A stretch of DNA of 64,000 bases from a virus (Duplodnaviria > Caudoviricetes). The notes beneath the pieces are model-generated. The model worked only from the letters and a program-made list of their open reading frames with translations. It was not told where the DNA came from and did no database searches. The stretch is from positions 1-64,000 of IMG/VR virus record IMGVR_UViG_3300020577_012633. One strand, given 5' to 3'. Shown piece by piece: positions 20,145 to 29,966 of this stretch. A program made the position numbers and the translations under genes. Within the stretch, counting starts at the first letter, position 1. The number at the start of each line of letters is the position of its first letter.

Positions 20145-21091
20145 CTAAACAACCTTGCTGTATTTTTCTTTCGTTTTCTTTCGAAAAAAGCCCACTCTGT
20201 ATTATCGAACAAAAATGATACGCCAGAAGCAAAATCACTTCTTAGTTGTAAGTGCAAGTTTTCTTCTTTTGGAATACTTTTCTTTGGTGAAGCATACGCA
20301 TCAGCGACTACGCTAGAAATCCAGTCTTTTGCAAGAGACAAATCTGTTATTACTCCAATAAAAGGAAACTTAATAGTCATAGAAGTTATTACTCCAAAAA
20401 GATGAAGTTCATTATCCTCAATAATAAAAGCTCCTCCTCCTGAATCTCCTAATCCATGAATACCTTCTCCAGATATAGCTCCACCAATTTTACCTAAAGT
20501 ACACGGATCTTTAAGCATAAAAAATAAACTTTTTTCTACTTTAACAGAAGATCCTATTATATAAATATCAATTGATTTTGTTGATATTGTATTTTTATAT
20601 ATTCTTTTTGTTCCATAAGGAATATTCCATTCTATTTTATTGATATTTGGTTTATCTGAGCTTTGACCAAAACCAACTCCATAAAATTCACTTCCTATAA
20701 AGTCTGTAGAAAAAGACAATTTTGCAGAATGATCAGCTTTTCCTTTTAATTTTATTATAGCCAAATCTGCAACTTCATGCGCATAGATTTTTTCTACTTC
20801 AAAAATCTTATCATCAATTTCAAATATAAAATTAGAAATATCTGATATAGTTCCTTTTTGAGAGCAATTATTAGTTAGTACATGACGTGCAGTTAATACA
20901 AAAGAACCGTCTCCAATAACGGTTCCAGATCCTGAGATATAGAATTTTTTGTTTTCTATTTTTCCCACAAAAGGAAAATCATTAATATTTTTATCAGATT
21001 TACCAAGAGGTATTATAGTTACACTTGATTTAGCTATATTGCTAAAATTCAAAAGAGAAGTCAATAATAGCAAAAGGGCCATCAACTTCAT
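20141..21091 (-). CDS. secreted trypsin-like serine protease
   Basis: signal peptide MKLMALLLLL after GGAGG; LTARH, DLAII and GDSGG triad motifs. Confidence 0.85.
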   Translation of the reverse strand: MKLMALLLLLTSLLNFSNIAKSSVTIIPLGKSDKNINDFPFVGKIENKKFYISGSGTVIGDGSFVLTARHVLTNNCSQKGTISDISNFIFEIDDKIFEVEKIYAHEVADLAIIKLKGKADHSAKLSFSTDFIGSEFYGVGFGQSSDKPNINKIEWNIPYGTKRIYKNTISTKSIDIYIIGSSVKVEKSLFFMLKDPCTLGKIGGAISGEGIHGLGDSGGGAFIIEDNELHLFGVITSMTIKFPFIGVITDLSLAKDWISSVVADAYASPKKSIPKEENLHLQLRSDFASGVSFLFDNTEWAFFERKRKKNTARLFR

Positions 21092-21137
21092 AAGGCCTCC
21101 CAAAAAGGAGTTCCTTACAAAGGAATTATTTTCCTCC

Positions 21138-22136
21138 CTAAATGTTATTGATTTCTTGCCATTCTTCAATTGCCAATCTAGCGGCCTCTGCAACTATAGG
21201 GCCTGGAGGGGCTTTATACCAACCAGAACAACTAAAGCTGTTTATCTCTAAAAGATAAGGATGTCCTAATGCATCTATCGCAATATCCATGCAAAATATA
21301 TTATCTGGTTTCCACTTTACTTCTTTGAGTATATTTTCAGTATAAGAAATGGCATTAATAGCATGATGATCGTCATTACCAAATTTGCCATCAACAAGAT
21401 TTTGAATAGTTGTTTTTAAGGCTTCAGTATGATATTGGCCTTGGTCATTATAATACATTGATCCAGCAATAAACTTATTTCCTGAGCAAAACATTCTATA
21501 TTCTTGTCTTATTTCTTTAGCGGAAGAAATAATAACAGGCAATTCTGGCTTACCATATTGGTCTTCGTATCTACATACAGAATCAGGAATTAATATTTGC
21601 CCGGTAAAGTTTTTTGTCCCTGAGCAAGGTCTAATAAACATTCTTCCATATTTTTCATATAAATCTTCATACCTTCTAGAAACCTCTCTCAAAGGCATAA
21701 TATGATAATCATGATTTAATAAATATGGACCAAAATGTGCATAATATGTCAAACAATCGAAATTTGGAAAATTAGCGAAGCTACCAGGAACCCAAGGTTT
21801 TTCTTTTTGAATTTGTTTAACTAAATTTATAGATCCAAGAACTATAACACAGTCATTGTTATCAAATTGATCGTAATTACCGCTTCCAAATGGCTTATAT
21901 CGAACTTTTTCAGCAATCATGCCTTGAGAGCGTACTTCTTTTACAATTGAATCTATATCTTCGGAAAACGTACCTTCTTCTATTAGCCATTTTACTACTG
22001 GTTTTTTCTCATTAATGCGATATTTTCTTAAAGCAGATAATCCTCCATGAATATAAATCTCTGTTTCTTCTTCATCCAAAGAAGTGCAAAAATTGCAAGG
22101 AGCATTAACATTACAGGTACATCCATCAAGCGTCAT
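21138..22136 (-). CDS. ATP-grasp protein (DUF4343/R2K-like)
   Basis: FIRPxxxxKxFTG, EYRMF, MDIA and LLEINSFSCSGWY. Confidence 0.75.
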   Translation of the reverse strand: MTLDGCTCNVNAPCNFCTSLDEEETEIYIHGGLSALRKYRINEKKPVVKWLIEEGTFSEDIDSIVKEVRSQGMIAEKVRYKPFGSGNYDQFDNNDCVIVLGSINLVKQIQKEKPWVPGSFANFPNFDCLTYYAHFGPYLLNHDYHIMPLREVSRRYEDLYEKYGRMFIRPCSGTKNFTGQILIPDSVCRYEDQYGKPELPVIISSAKEIRQEYRMFCSGNKFIAGSMYYNDQGQYHTEALKTTIQNLVDGKFGNDDHHAINAISYTENILKEVKWKPDNIFCMDIAIDALGHPYLLEINSFSCSGWYKAPPGPIVAEAARLAIEEWQEINNI

Positions 22137-22145
22137 AATTATCCC

Positions 22146-23183
22146 TTATTTTAATCTAGAAAATATTACTTCTAATTTATTTACTACAATATTAACTTCT
22201 GATGACCAGCGGAATTTTTTATTACCGCCAGAAATATTTACTTTTCTAATACCTTTGATAACTGAATCTATCATTTCTTTACTTAAAGAATCATATGAAA
22301 CATCTGCTGGTTCGTCAGATACTGTTGCAAATGCTCTTCTCAGCCATTCATAAATAGTAATATCATTTGCTGTAACGAGAGCGGCGGTAGGGATTTTCAA
22401 AGCTCTCCCATGCTTTTTAGGAGCGGTATTTGTATACGCAAGAAAAAAAGTCTCATGCTTTGTCAAATCATGTAGAACTGATTCTGACAATTTTTGAGCA
22501 TTAGTTACAATCTTTGCAACTTCATTAGATTTTTGGGAACATTGAGGAAAAAGTCTTTTTAGTTCAGGAATTACTTTATGTCTAATTGCATTACGAGTAT
22601 ATTTTGTATCCTGGTTTGTTTCATCTTCATTGAATGGGATATTATTAGATTTGCAAATGTCGTATAATTCTTCTTTAGAGATCTCAAGCAATGGACGTAC
22701 AGTCGTCCAGTCATTATGAATATGACTCTCTGCGATACCAGAAAGGCCTCTTAGTCCTGATCCCCTGCACAGTTTCATTAGAATAGTTTCAAGCTGGTCA
22801 TCTGCATGATGACCAGTTGCAATAAATCTTGCTTTATGAGTTTGTGCTACACCAATAATTTTACTTTCTCTTTGGTAACGATATGTTTCTTCTGTGGGAG
22901 AAAACCCCCAGTCTCTGACATTTACGTCAACTTGCACAAAAGCAAGATTATTCGTTTCGCAATATTTCTTAACAACGTCTCTATCTTTGGATGCGTCTTT
23001 ATAGTCTCTCATATCATGCAATGCATGAACAACAACCAGATCATGTCCGGTTTTTTGCGCGCAAAAAAGTAAAGCCATTGAATCAACGCCACCTGAGCAA
23101 GCAATAATTAACTTTTCCTTTTCAGGAACAAGTCTACGCAATGCCGCTAAAATCGTATTGATCGGACCTACTGGATTGTTCAT
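22146..23183 (-). CDS. tilS: tRNA(Ile)-lysidine synthase
   Basis: PP-loop SGGVDSM, GHHADDQLET, RPLL, DETN and RNAIR. Confidence 0.9.
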   Translation of the reverse strand: MNNPVGPINTILAALRRLVPEKEKLIIACSGGVDSMALLFCAQKTGHDLVVVHALHDMRDYKDASKDRDVVKKYCETNNLAFVQVDVNVRDWGFSPTEETYRYQRESKIIGVAQTHKARFIATGHHADDQLETILMKLCRGSGLRGLSGIAESHIHNDWTTVRPLLEISKEELYDICKSNNIPFNEDETNQDTKYTRNAIRHKVIPELKRLFPQCSQKSNEVAKIVTNAQKLSESVLHDLTKHETFFLAYTNTAPKKHGRALKIPTAALVTANDITIYEWLRRAFATVSDEPADVSYDSLSKEMIDSVIKGIRKVNISGGNKKFRWSSEVNIVVNKLEVIFSRLK

Positions 23184-23754
23184 CTTTTTCTGCTTTCAAT
23201 ACTAAACAGGCTCTTGCAATTGCCTCAGCCGCTGTATAACCCATAGATACTGGATTATATTTTTGATTCTTTGAATCCAATTTCCTGAAGGTAAACCACG
23301 TATTCTCGCCTTTTGTCTTGTCGAGTATTATAGTGTCAAAAAGTTCCATTTTCTCGGCAACGGCCATTGCAAGTGAAATATCTGAAGAATATTTAGGAAC
23401 TGGTCTTTTCCATTTCCTTACATGTTCCTCGATATCATGCTGATAAGGCTGGTTGAATCTATTATGCCAAAACCATAAACCATACCCATTATTTCCAGTA
23501 TTGCCGCCATAATTATATTTAGTACCCGTATATTCAACCGTATAAGAATTACAATTCCATATATAAAGCTGTTTGGATAGAACGTTTTCTTTGAAAGAAG
23601 GATTAGAATCTCTCAAACCATTAAAAACAGCAATTGCGATATCTTCATCAGAAGTAGCACAAATTGGTTTTAGATAAATACGTTCATGTATATAAGCATT
23701 TATTTCTTCAAGGTTATTCTTATTATAATCATTTTTTCTCATTGGTTTTTCCAA
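23134..23754 (-). CDS. hypothetical protein with C-terminal phage ABA-sandwich-like domain
   Basis: PKYSSDISLAMAVAEKM...AIARACL. Confidence 0.55.
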   Translation of the reverse strand: MEKPMRKNDYNKNNLEEINAYIHERIYLKPICATSDEDIAIAVFNGLRDSNPSFKENVLSKQLYIWNCNSYTVEYTGTKYNYGGNTGNNGYGLWFWHNRFNQPYQHDIEEHVRKWKRPVPKYSSDISLAMAVAEKMELFDTIILDKTKGENTWFTFRKLDSKNQKYNPVSMGYTAAEAIARACLVLKAEKDEQSSRSDQYDFSGIA

Positions 23755-24421
23755 TTTTTCTACCGTCTAAGGATGCTATTTTGCCAGAAAAATTTTGAAT
23801 GCTTATCCCATGATTTGCGCAGATAAAAGATTGCAATTCCAAATATCCATCAGAAAATACATGAAGCCTATCTCCAACAATTACCGTTTTTATATTAGAC
23901 TTCGCAATAAATTTAAGACATTCATTACAAGGCAACCCTGTAATGTACATTTTACATCCATTCAGATCTTGTTTAGCTGAAAGGATTGCATTAACTTCTG
24001 CATGAATAATGTGTAAATATTTCTTAGGCCTAAGATTAGGCATTTGATCATCTATTGCATCTGGTAAAAAACCATTACAGCCAGTAGATACAATTTTATT
24101 ACCTCTATCTACAATAACACAACCATGTTGAGTTTGAGCGTCTGGAGATCTCATAGAAACTAAGAAAGCAAGAGATATAAAATATTCATCCCAAGTAAGG
24201 CGACAATATTTTTCATCTTTATCTGCCTCTGAAGCCGGGAATCCAGTATATTTCTTTATACGATTTTCAGCTTCTTCTAGACTGATAGAAGAATCAACTG
24301 ATATCATTAAAAGAGCTGCTTCTCGAATTAGATCCATTGATTTTTTTCTTCTATGAAATAAAACACTCGCCAATGGCTCTATACCATTTGAAATATTTTC
24401 AAAAGTTTTAAAATGCATCAA
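23729..24421 (-). CDS. dCMP deaminase family protein
   Basis: WDEYF, RSPD, HAEVNA and PCNEC zinc motifs. Confidence 0.9.
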   Translation of the reverse strand: MMHFKTFENISNGIEPLASVLFHRRKKSMDLIREAALLMISVDSSISLEEAENRIKKYTGFPASEADKDEKYCRLTWDEYFISLAFLVSMRSPDAQTQHGCVIVDRGNKIVSTGCNGFLPDAIDDQMPNLRPKKYLHIIHAEVNAILSAKQDLNGCKMYITGLPCNECLKFIAKSNIKTVIVGDRLHVFSDGYLELQSFICANHGISIQNFSGKIASLDGRKIGKTNEKK

Positions 24422-24930
24422 ACGATCCTTGCGCTCTGAAACTTTCCTTGAATATTTTGATGGAAATATTTACCTTTGGATGGAGCTGAAACCATTCCAA
24501 GATAAATAGTTCCAGGAACATTACTAAAAGAATAAACATGACCATCATTAAATTTGATTTCAAGAACTTGAGAAGAAATTTCGTATTTTATCGCATTTAT
24601 ATTACTAGAAGCTACTTTAATCCATTTTCCTACTACAGCTTGAGTGTTTTTTGGAGTAAAAGAACGACGTTTAGCTCCATTGACTTCCATACATGAAACA
24701 CAAATAGCAGCGATCTTTCGTACTTCTTCCAAAGCTCCATTATCGCCTGTATTCCCTGTCCAAGCTGCATCAGCCTTATTAGAATAAGTTCTTATTAATG
24801 TTAGAAATTCTCCAACAGTTTTGTTTGGATTATAGTTTTTGTCTTGAATAAGTTGGTCTTGAAAATCTCTTTCACTATCTATAATACTATATACTTCTGA
24901 TCTATTCAATGGTATTTCCTTTATATTCAA
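24418..24930 (-). CDS. helical (MazG-like?) domain fused to a KTSC domain
   Basis: C-terminal VASSNI..IKY...LEIKF...SKGKYFHQNI is KTSC; N-terminal ALEEVRKIAAICVSCME helix. Confidence 0.65.
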   Translation of the reverse strand: MNIKEIPLNRSEVYSIIDSERDFQDQLIQDKNYNPNKTVGEFLTLIRTYSNKADAAWTGNTGDNGALEEVRKIAAICVSCMEVNGAKRRSFTPKNTQAVVGKWIKVASSNINAIKYEISSQVLEIKFNDGHVYSFSNVPGTIYLGMVSAPSKGKYFHQNIQGKFQSARIV

Positions 24931-25159
24931 ACGGGACGCCTAGCGATGCGGCTATGTCCATAACTATTTCTTGTCGGCTTTTTATATTAGTTTTTAAATC
25001 GTCTTCTTCGTCTTTATTTGGATTCCACTGAGACAAGTGACCTGAATCTCCAAAGTCATATTCAAAAAGAAGACTAAGGCCCTCTTCAAGACGAGTTTTT
25101 ATTTTAGAAATTTCATCTTCATTATAAATCTCAATTTTGGTATATTTTTTTCTACTCAT
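24902..25159 (-). CDS. hypothetical protein
   Basis: 85-aa ORF. Confidence 0.5.
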   Translation of the reverse strand: MSRKKYTKIEIYNEDEISKIKTRLEEGLSLLFEYDFGDSGHLSQWNPNKDEEDDLKTNIKSRQEIVMDIAASLGVPFEYKGNTIE

Positions 25160-25173
25160 GGATAATTATTCGG

Positions 25174-25761
25174 TTACTTTTGCTCAAGAATTTTAGACAT
25201 CACGAATTCCTCTATATTATCAAGATTGTCGTAAGGAAAAACAGTATAGTTTGCATATAGATTCAAAACACCCAAAATATAGTTGTCCATTTCTTTAGCT
25301 TGTTCATGAGATTCATAGCGACCTTTGGCTACATAAGGTCTATCTCCCCTATCTAGGAAAATATTCAGAGATGGGTACTCTTTCTCAAAGTGTTCAGTTA
25401 TGCCAACTAGATTCTGCCAATAAGGGCAGTTATACTTCCTTGCATAAGCGCATTGAAGGAGCAAGGGAGAATCAGTTATTACAAGATCAACTCCATTCCT
25501 GAGAGGAATTTCTTCCCTTCTTAATTGTTTAGCGCAAACATAAAATTGATCATAGCCTTTTGGTTTGCGACCTTCCCAAGCCCATGATTTAATGTATTCT
25601 TGAACAAGTTCAACCTGAATATCTAGATTATTATGAATAATTCTATTCTTAAGCCTTGCAAATATATCAGAAGAGGTTGTAGTTTTACCTGTTCCAGGTC
25701 CACTAAAGAAAGATACACGACGAATTTTGGTATTTTTTATTTCATTTTTTGGTGAGGACAT
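25174..25761 (-). CDS. P-loop kinase (AAA_28/NadR-kinase-like)
   Basis: GPGTGKTT, EYIKxWAW and ITDSPLL. Confidence 0.75.
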   Translation of the reverse strand: MSSPKNEIKNTKIRRVSFFSGPGTGKTTTSSDIFARLKNRIIHNNLDIQVELVQEYIKSWAWEGRKPKGYDQFYVCAKQLRREEIPLRNGVDLVITDSPLLLQCAYARKYNCPYWQNLVGITEHFEKEYPSLNIFLDRGDRPYVAKGRYESHEQAKEMDNYILGVLNLYANYTVFPYDNLDNIEEFVMSKILEQK

Positions 25762-26330
25762 TTACCATAAGCTCCTTTTGCGCAATTACAATTAAAACAT
25801 AGCAAAGTATACTCATCCTTAGGCCATCCTAATATTTGTAATTTTCGCCACATTTTAATTCCTGTTAATCTTTTTTCTTTTTTATTTCGACCATTAATGT
25901 GTTCAATGGTTAAAAATTCTGGAATAGACTCGCCACAACAAGTACATTTGCCACCATATGCAGAAATACCATCGGCTCTAACCTGTTCTTTAAACTTTAC
26001 TTGATATTCTTTTTTGTAAGAGAGTAACTTTTTTTTATTCTCTTCTCTGTATTTTTTTTGATAATCTATTAATTCTTGCTTATGTTTTTCATAATATTCT
26101 TTTCTATATTGTTTAGAATTATTATTTTGTTTGTTTTTTCGTTCTTTATCTCTTTCTTCTATTTCTTCTGTTGTAAGAATCCAATAAGGTCTATGCTTTA
26201 TAAGCGATTCTCCTGATTGGATTCTTCTTTCTTGTTCTTTTTTTCTTTCTCTTTCTTTACGACATTCAACACAATAAGATTGAGTTTTTCCAGCTCTATC
26301 ATTTATTTTACAAATAGAACATTTTTTCAT
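25737..26330 (-). CDS. HNH endonuclease, probable free-standing homing endonuclease
   Basis: YGGKCTCCGE...LTIEHING...LLCFNCNCAK. Confidence 0.85.
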   Translation of the reverse strand: MKKCSICKINDRAGKTQSYCVECRKERERKKEQERRIQSGESLIKHRPYWILTTEEIEERDKERKNKQNNNSKQYRKEYYEKHKQELIDYQKKYREENKKKLLSYKKEYQVKFKEQVRADGISAYGGKCTCCGESIPEFLTIEHINGRNKKEKRLTGIKMWRKLQILGWPKDEYTLLCFNCNCAKGAYGKCPHQKMK

Positions 26331-26445
26331 ATTTGAATCTCCTTATCAGTATTATTCAAATATCAGAAGAAAAATCCTTCTAATCCGACGAAAATCTTCG
26401 TATTATATCACAGCAAAAAAGTTTATTCTTCTTGTTTTAGACATT

Positions 26446-26652
26446 TTATTCTGCCTCTTCAATATTAAAGTGTTCCAAAAAACGATCCTTACCAATAGCT
26501 TCGATTATGAGATCTTTTCCAATAAATTCAATCAATTCTGATATGTTGTATCTTTCTATCTCAATATTATTGATTTTATCTAAACATATTAGACCTTCAT
26601 AATTTTGAAATTCTAAAGATTCAAGTTTTTCAAACTGTATAGTAATTTTCAT
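26446..26652 (-). CDS. hypothetical protein
   Basis: 68-aa ORF with RBS AAGGA. Confidence 0.5.
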   Translation of the reverse strand: MKITIQFEKLESLEFQNYEGLICLDKINNIEIERYNISELIEFIGKDLIIEAIGKDRFLEHFNIEEAE

Positions 26653-26661
26653 TTTATGTCC

Positions 26662-26940
26662 TTAAGTTTGATCATTCTCTGTTATCACAATAGAACCGCA
26701 ATTGTGATTTTTTGTATATTCAATAAGTTCTTCATACAATAAAACACAATCATTTTTTACTTTATCAATATCGCAATCTAAATATTTTGATATACATATT
26801 AAAGATTCTAATAAAGAATTATAGTCATTATCGCTATCGAAGAAGGAAGCGTGAAGAAGACCTGATTTTGACAAAAACACAACAATACCAGTTTTTAGAG
26901 ATAAAAAAGGATATTTATTAGATGTTTTTATTTTCTTCAT
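26662..26940 (-). CDS. hypothetical protein
   Basis: 92-aa ORF. Confidence 0.5.
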   Translation of the reverse strand: MKKIKTSNKYPFLSLKTGIVVFLSKSGLLHASFFDSDNDYNSLLESLICISKYLDCDIDKVKNDCVLLYEELIEYTKNHNCGSIVITENDQT

Positions 26941-26941
26941 A

Positions 26942-27322
26942 TTAAATTTGTTGCTGTCCTAACTTGCCTTGAGACTCTCTATTCTTTGCTCTAGAATTTA
27001 ATGATTCCAATGCTTTTTCAATATAAGTGATAGCTTCATCATTAGCCGGATGATTAAATTTAGTTGATTGAAAAAAGGCCAATCTTTCTTTTGCTGCTAG
27101 TAAAACATCTTCTACAAAAGCTCCATTAGCAGTAGCAAGAGAACCATCTGTTTGTTTTGCTCTAGGTCCGTCTTGCCAAACAACAGTAAGTCCTGGTCCT
27201 GTAACGTAGCCAGATTGAGGAAGATCCCCTGCCATATAGTGTCGAACTTTCAATACATTCGATTGGTGGGACTGAATAAAACGTGATAAAATTGGTTCTT
27301 GTTTGTTTTCCATTATTTCCAT
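26942..27322 (-). CDS. Tad1-like anti-defence sponge protein
   Basis: WQDGPR...NGAFVEDVLLAAKERLAFFQSTKF..ANDEAITYIEKALESLNSRAKNRESQGKLG matches the remembered Tad1 pattern FQxGxR...GVxxxDLLxIVxDRLxxFQxGxF..EN..A.TxxEEALxWxxxRxxDR..RxVLG. Confidence 0.75.
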   Translation of the reverse strand: MEIMENKQEPILSRFIQSHQSNVLKVRHYMAGDLPQSGYVTGPGLTVVWQDGPRAKQTDGSLATANGAFVEDVLLAAKERLAFFQSTKFNHPANDEAITYIEKALESLNSRAKNRESQGKLGQQQI

Positions 27323-27567
27323 CCTATATTACATACTTTGAATTTAGAATTAATTACGATTGTTATTGTTTTAGAGATTGGATATATTTGATATTTTACA
27401 AAATGACAATTTATTAAATCTTTAATAGCGTTTATTGGATCTTTATTATTCCATGAAATCCCAGTAGCTAAATTGATTTCATTACTTTCCTTCATTTCAA
27501 CAGTTACGCCTAACACTTTTACAGAAAGTATTTTTTGATCAAAAACATCACTAATTCCCCAGTCCAT
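27313..27567 (-). CDS. hypothetical protein
   Basis: 84-aa ORF. Confidence 0.5.
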   Translation of the reverse strand: MDWGISDVFDQKILSVKVLGVTVEMKESNEINLATGISWNNKDPINAIKDLINCHFVKYQIYPISKTITIVINSKFKVCNIGWK

Positions 27568-27604
27568 TACTTTATTCCCTTATATGTTTTTCATAAATAC
27601 TGTT

Positions 27605-27922
27605 TTATAAATCATACTGTCGAAGAGATTCTTTTACCTCATGTTCTAATTCTTTTTCGGTAATTGTTGTTTCTTCTCCAGTACGATAATGTTCACTATA
27701 TTCTAGATCAACTTTTTTCTTTAGGGAATTCATAATCTTCTTTAAAGAAGGACGACGACCTGCATAGAATAAACCAAAATATCTATTATATCCATATTCG
27801 GGATGAGGAAAACATCCTAATTCTATTGCATGACCAGGTTTGTCATTTCCATTTTTATCCGTTCTTCTATCAAGAATGGAATGATAATCATCAAAATCTT
27901 GAATTTTCCATTTAGCTTTCAT
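27605..27922 (-). CDS. hypothetical protein
   Basis: 105-aa ORF. Confidence 0.55.
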   Translation of the reverse strand: MKAKWKIQDFDDYHSILDRRTDKNGNDKPGHAIELGCFPHPEYGYNRYFGLFYAGRRPSLKKIMNSLKKKVDLEYSEHYRTGEETTITEKELEHEVKESLRQYDL

Positions 27923-28317
27923 TTTTGTTTCTTTTCTTTACATGAAAAGTAAGTTTGCCCATCTACTTCTGTTTTAGTCAAAAAATCTTTTTCTGTCATT
28001 TTTTCTAATGTAAAAAATAGATCCAATTTTGCGGCTATTTTACATATAAGATCATCATCGCCTTCTTCGAAAGACAATGGAAATTTTATTTCATCAATAT
28101 CATACAATAAACATATAGAAAGAATTGTGCATATACTTGCATGACTATCTTCTCCGGTTTCTTTATCATTAAAAGTTGCAGCTAAAACTTCTTGATACAT
28201 TTCATGAATTTGAGCAGAATTCTGATCAAAGATTTCAAACTCATCACAAAGACCATTTCTTAATTTTTCGCCTATAAACATAGTTTTTCCAATAAAGATT
28301 TTGATGGTTCTATTCAA
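27919..28317 (-). CDS. hypothetical protein
   Basis: 132-aa ORF. Confidence 0.55.
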   Translation of the reverse strand: MNRTIKIFIGKTMFIGEKLRNGLCDEFEIFDQNSAQIHEMYQEVLAATFNDKETGEDSHASICTILSICLLYDIDEIKFPLSFEEGDDDLICKIAAKLDLFFTLEKMTEKDFLTKTEVDGQTYFSCKEKKQK

Positions 28318-28388
28318 CTAGAGATCGACAAATTTATATGATTTTTTCTTTGAATCACAGAACAATTCATGCACTTGTAATAAGGATT

Positions 28389-28802
28389 TTAATAGTCACT
28401 TCCACCGAATTCATCTACTCCATAGCCGGGAATTGCAGGTTCTTTATATCCAAAAGGATGTTCTGACCAAGAGACATCACTACTTTCTCCTACTTTAATA
28501 ACTAAAAAAGGACAATTTCTTCTTTCAGTATGAAATAAATACCCTTCAGAAGTTTTGCAACATAATTCAGATAAATCTCTCCAATCTTTATCACTGAAAT
28601 TATTCGAAGAATAAGCAGCTATAAGAAAGGAGTTATCAATTCCTAATATTCTAGCAAACTGTTTTTCTTTTGCATAAACTTTAGCTATACCTTTACGAGA
28701 ATCAGTCCACCATCCTTGAACATTGCCGCAAGAACAAGATATTGCTCCGGTCGGAGGTATAGCTTTGAAGTCGTTACAACAACCGCATAGTATTGCTTTC
28801 AT
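28389..28802 (-). CDS. hypothetical protein with N-terminal Zn-ribbon
   Basis: CGCC...CSCG. Confidence 0.6.
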   Translation of the reverse strand: MKAILCGCCNDFKAIPPTGAISCSCGNVQGWWTDSRKGIAKVYAKEKQFARILGIDNSFLIAAYSSNNFSDKDWRDLSELCCKTSEGYLFHTERRNCPFLVIKVGESSDVSWSEHPFGYKEPAIPGYGVDEFGGSDY

Positions 28803-28807
28803 ATGAA

Positions 28808-29170
28808 TTAATCTCTTTTCTTTTCAAAAGGCATAGTTAAAGTTACATATTCTGAAATAAAATTATCTATTACTGAATACGACTTTTGATTTAGCTCTAA
28901 AGCTAAAATATTTGCCAGTTCATGAAGTCTTGTAAGAGTTTCTTGTTCTCTTAATGATTCAAATCTTGCATAAGCAATAGCTTCAACAATAAAGCCAGAT
29001 TCTTGTCCTCCACTGTAAATATAATCAGTTGGAGTTACAGTTACGCACCAGCCTTTTTCTCTACAATATTTTCCTATTACTTTCTTGGCATCATTTATAT
29101 CTCCAGCCATATAAAGACGACAAAAGTAAGAATTACATGTTTTGATTTCACTTTTATTTTCCATATTCAA
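28808..29170 (-). CDS. hypothetical phage protein
   Basis: CVTVTPTDYIYSGGQESG motif. Confidence 0.6.
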   Translation of the reverse strand: MNMENKSEIKTCNSYFCRLYMAGDINDAKKVIGKYCREKGWCVTVTPTDYIYSGGQESGFIVEAIAYARFESLREQETLTRLHELANILALELNQKSYSVIDNFISEYVTLTMPFEKKRD

Positions 29171-29422
29171 TTATCCTTTAATAGATTCCATTTCTTTGAT
29201 AGTTGTTTTCAACTCATCAATAGCTTTTTTCCAAGCTTCTTCTATTGTTTTTCCTGTGGCTTTAGAACCCAAATATCCATCAGAATGAATATTGATTTTA
29301 TACCCTTTTAAAGAATGAGTTATTTGAGTACGAAAATATTGGTATGGCTTATTATTCCATTTTCGATAGCCAAAATCAGATTTCTGCAAGTCACTCAAAG
29401 CTTTATCAAGATCAAATGCCAT
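29171..29422 (-). CDS. hypothetical protein
   Basis: 83-aa ORF. Confidence 0.5.
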   Translation of the reverse strand: MAFDLDKALSDLQKSDFGYRKWNNKPYQYFRTQITHSLKGYKINIHSDGYLGSKATGKTIEEAWKKAIDELKTTIKEMESIKG

Positions 29423-29457
29423 AATTTGCCTTTTTTGGATATGGAGTAGACATGTTT

Positions 29458-29811
29458 TTATATACTTGACATTACTTGATCTAATTTTTCAATATTAGAT
29501 TCAATTTTAGTTCGGGTTTCATGATTTTCAAAATAGTTCCTGCAAATACATAAACATTCATAAACAACAGCTTTTATATCGCTATGTTTTTGATTTCTTT
29601 TCAGGGCTAAAGTATTATCAGATCCAGTTTCAGTATTAGTCCAGTAAACCTGATAGTTCCAGTTTTTGTTTTTTCTTCGTTGAGCATAAACGTGGACATA
29701 TCCCCATTTTAGATTTACCTTTGTATAAAATGATTGTGATCCGTCACTGGCTGAATGCCCATAATCCATTATGGATAAACCAGGTGCTACATCTATTTTA
29801 TTAGTTTTCAT
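29458..29811 (-). CDS. hypothetical protein
   Basis: 117-aa ORF. Confidence 0.55.
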   Translation of the reverse strand: MKTNKIDVAPGLSIMDYGHSASDGSQSFYTKVNLKWGYVHVYAQRRKNKNWNYQVYWTNTETGSDNTLALKRNQKHSDIKAVVYECLCICRNYFENHETRTKIESNIEKLDQVMSSI

Positions 29812-29829
29812 CTACATTTTTCGGCTTAA

Positions 29830-29862
29830 ATAAAAAACCCCCTTAGCATAACACTAAGGGGG
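29830..29862 (-). terminator. intrinsic terminator of the Ro60 operon
   Basis: CCCCCTTAG-TGTTATG-CTAAGGGGG-TTTTTT on the minus strand. Confidence 0.85.
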
Positions 29863-29891
29863 AAAATGCACTTTATTTGGTTATTGGTTCT

Positions 29892-29966
29892 TTACTTTGA
29901 GCGAAGAGGCTTCTTGAGGAAGTCGCTCATAACAGCAGGAGCCGAAGTATCGAAACCAACAACATC
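29892..29966 (-). pseudogene. displaced duplicate of the Ro60 3' end (24 codons plus stop)
   Basis: translates as DVVGFDTSAPAVMSDFLKKPLRSK* versus the Ro60 C-terminus DCVGFDTSAPAVMSDFIKRPLRTK*. Confidence 0.9.
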
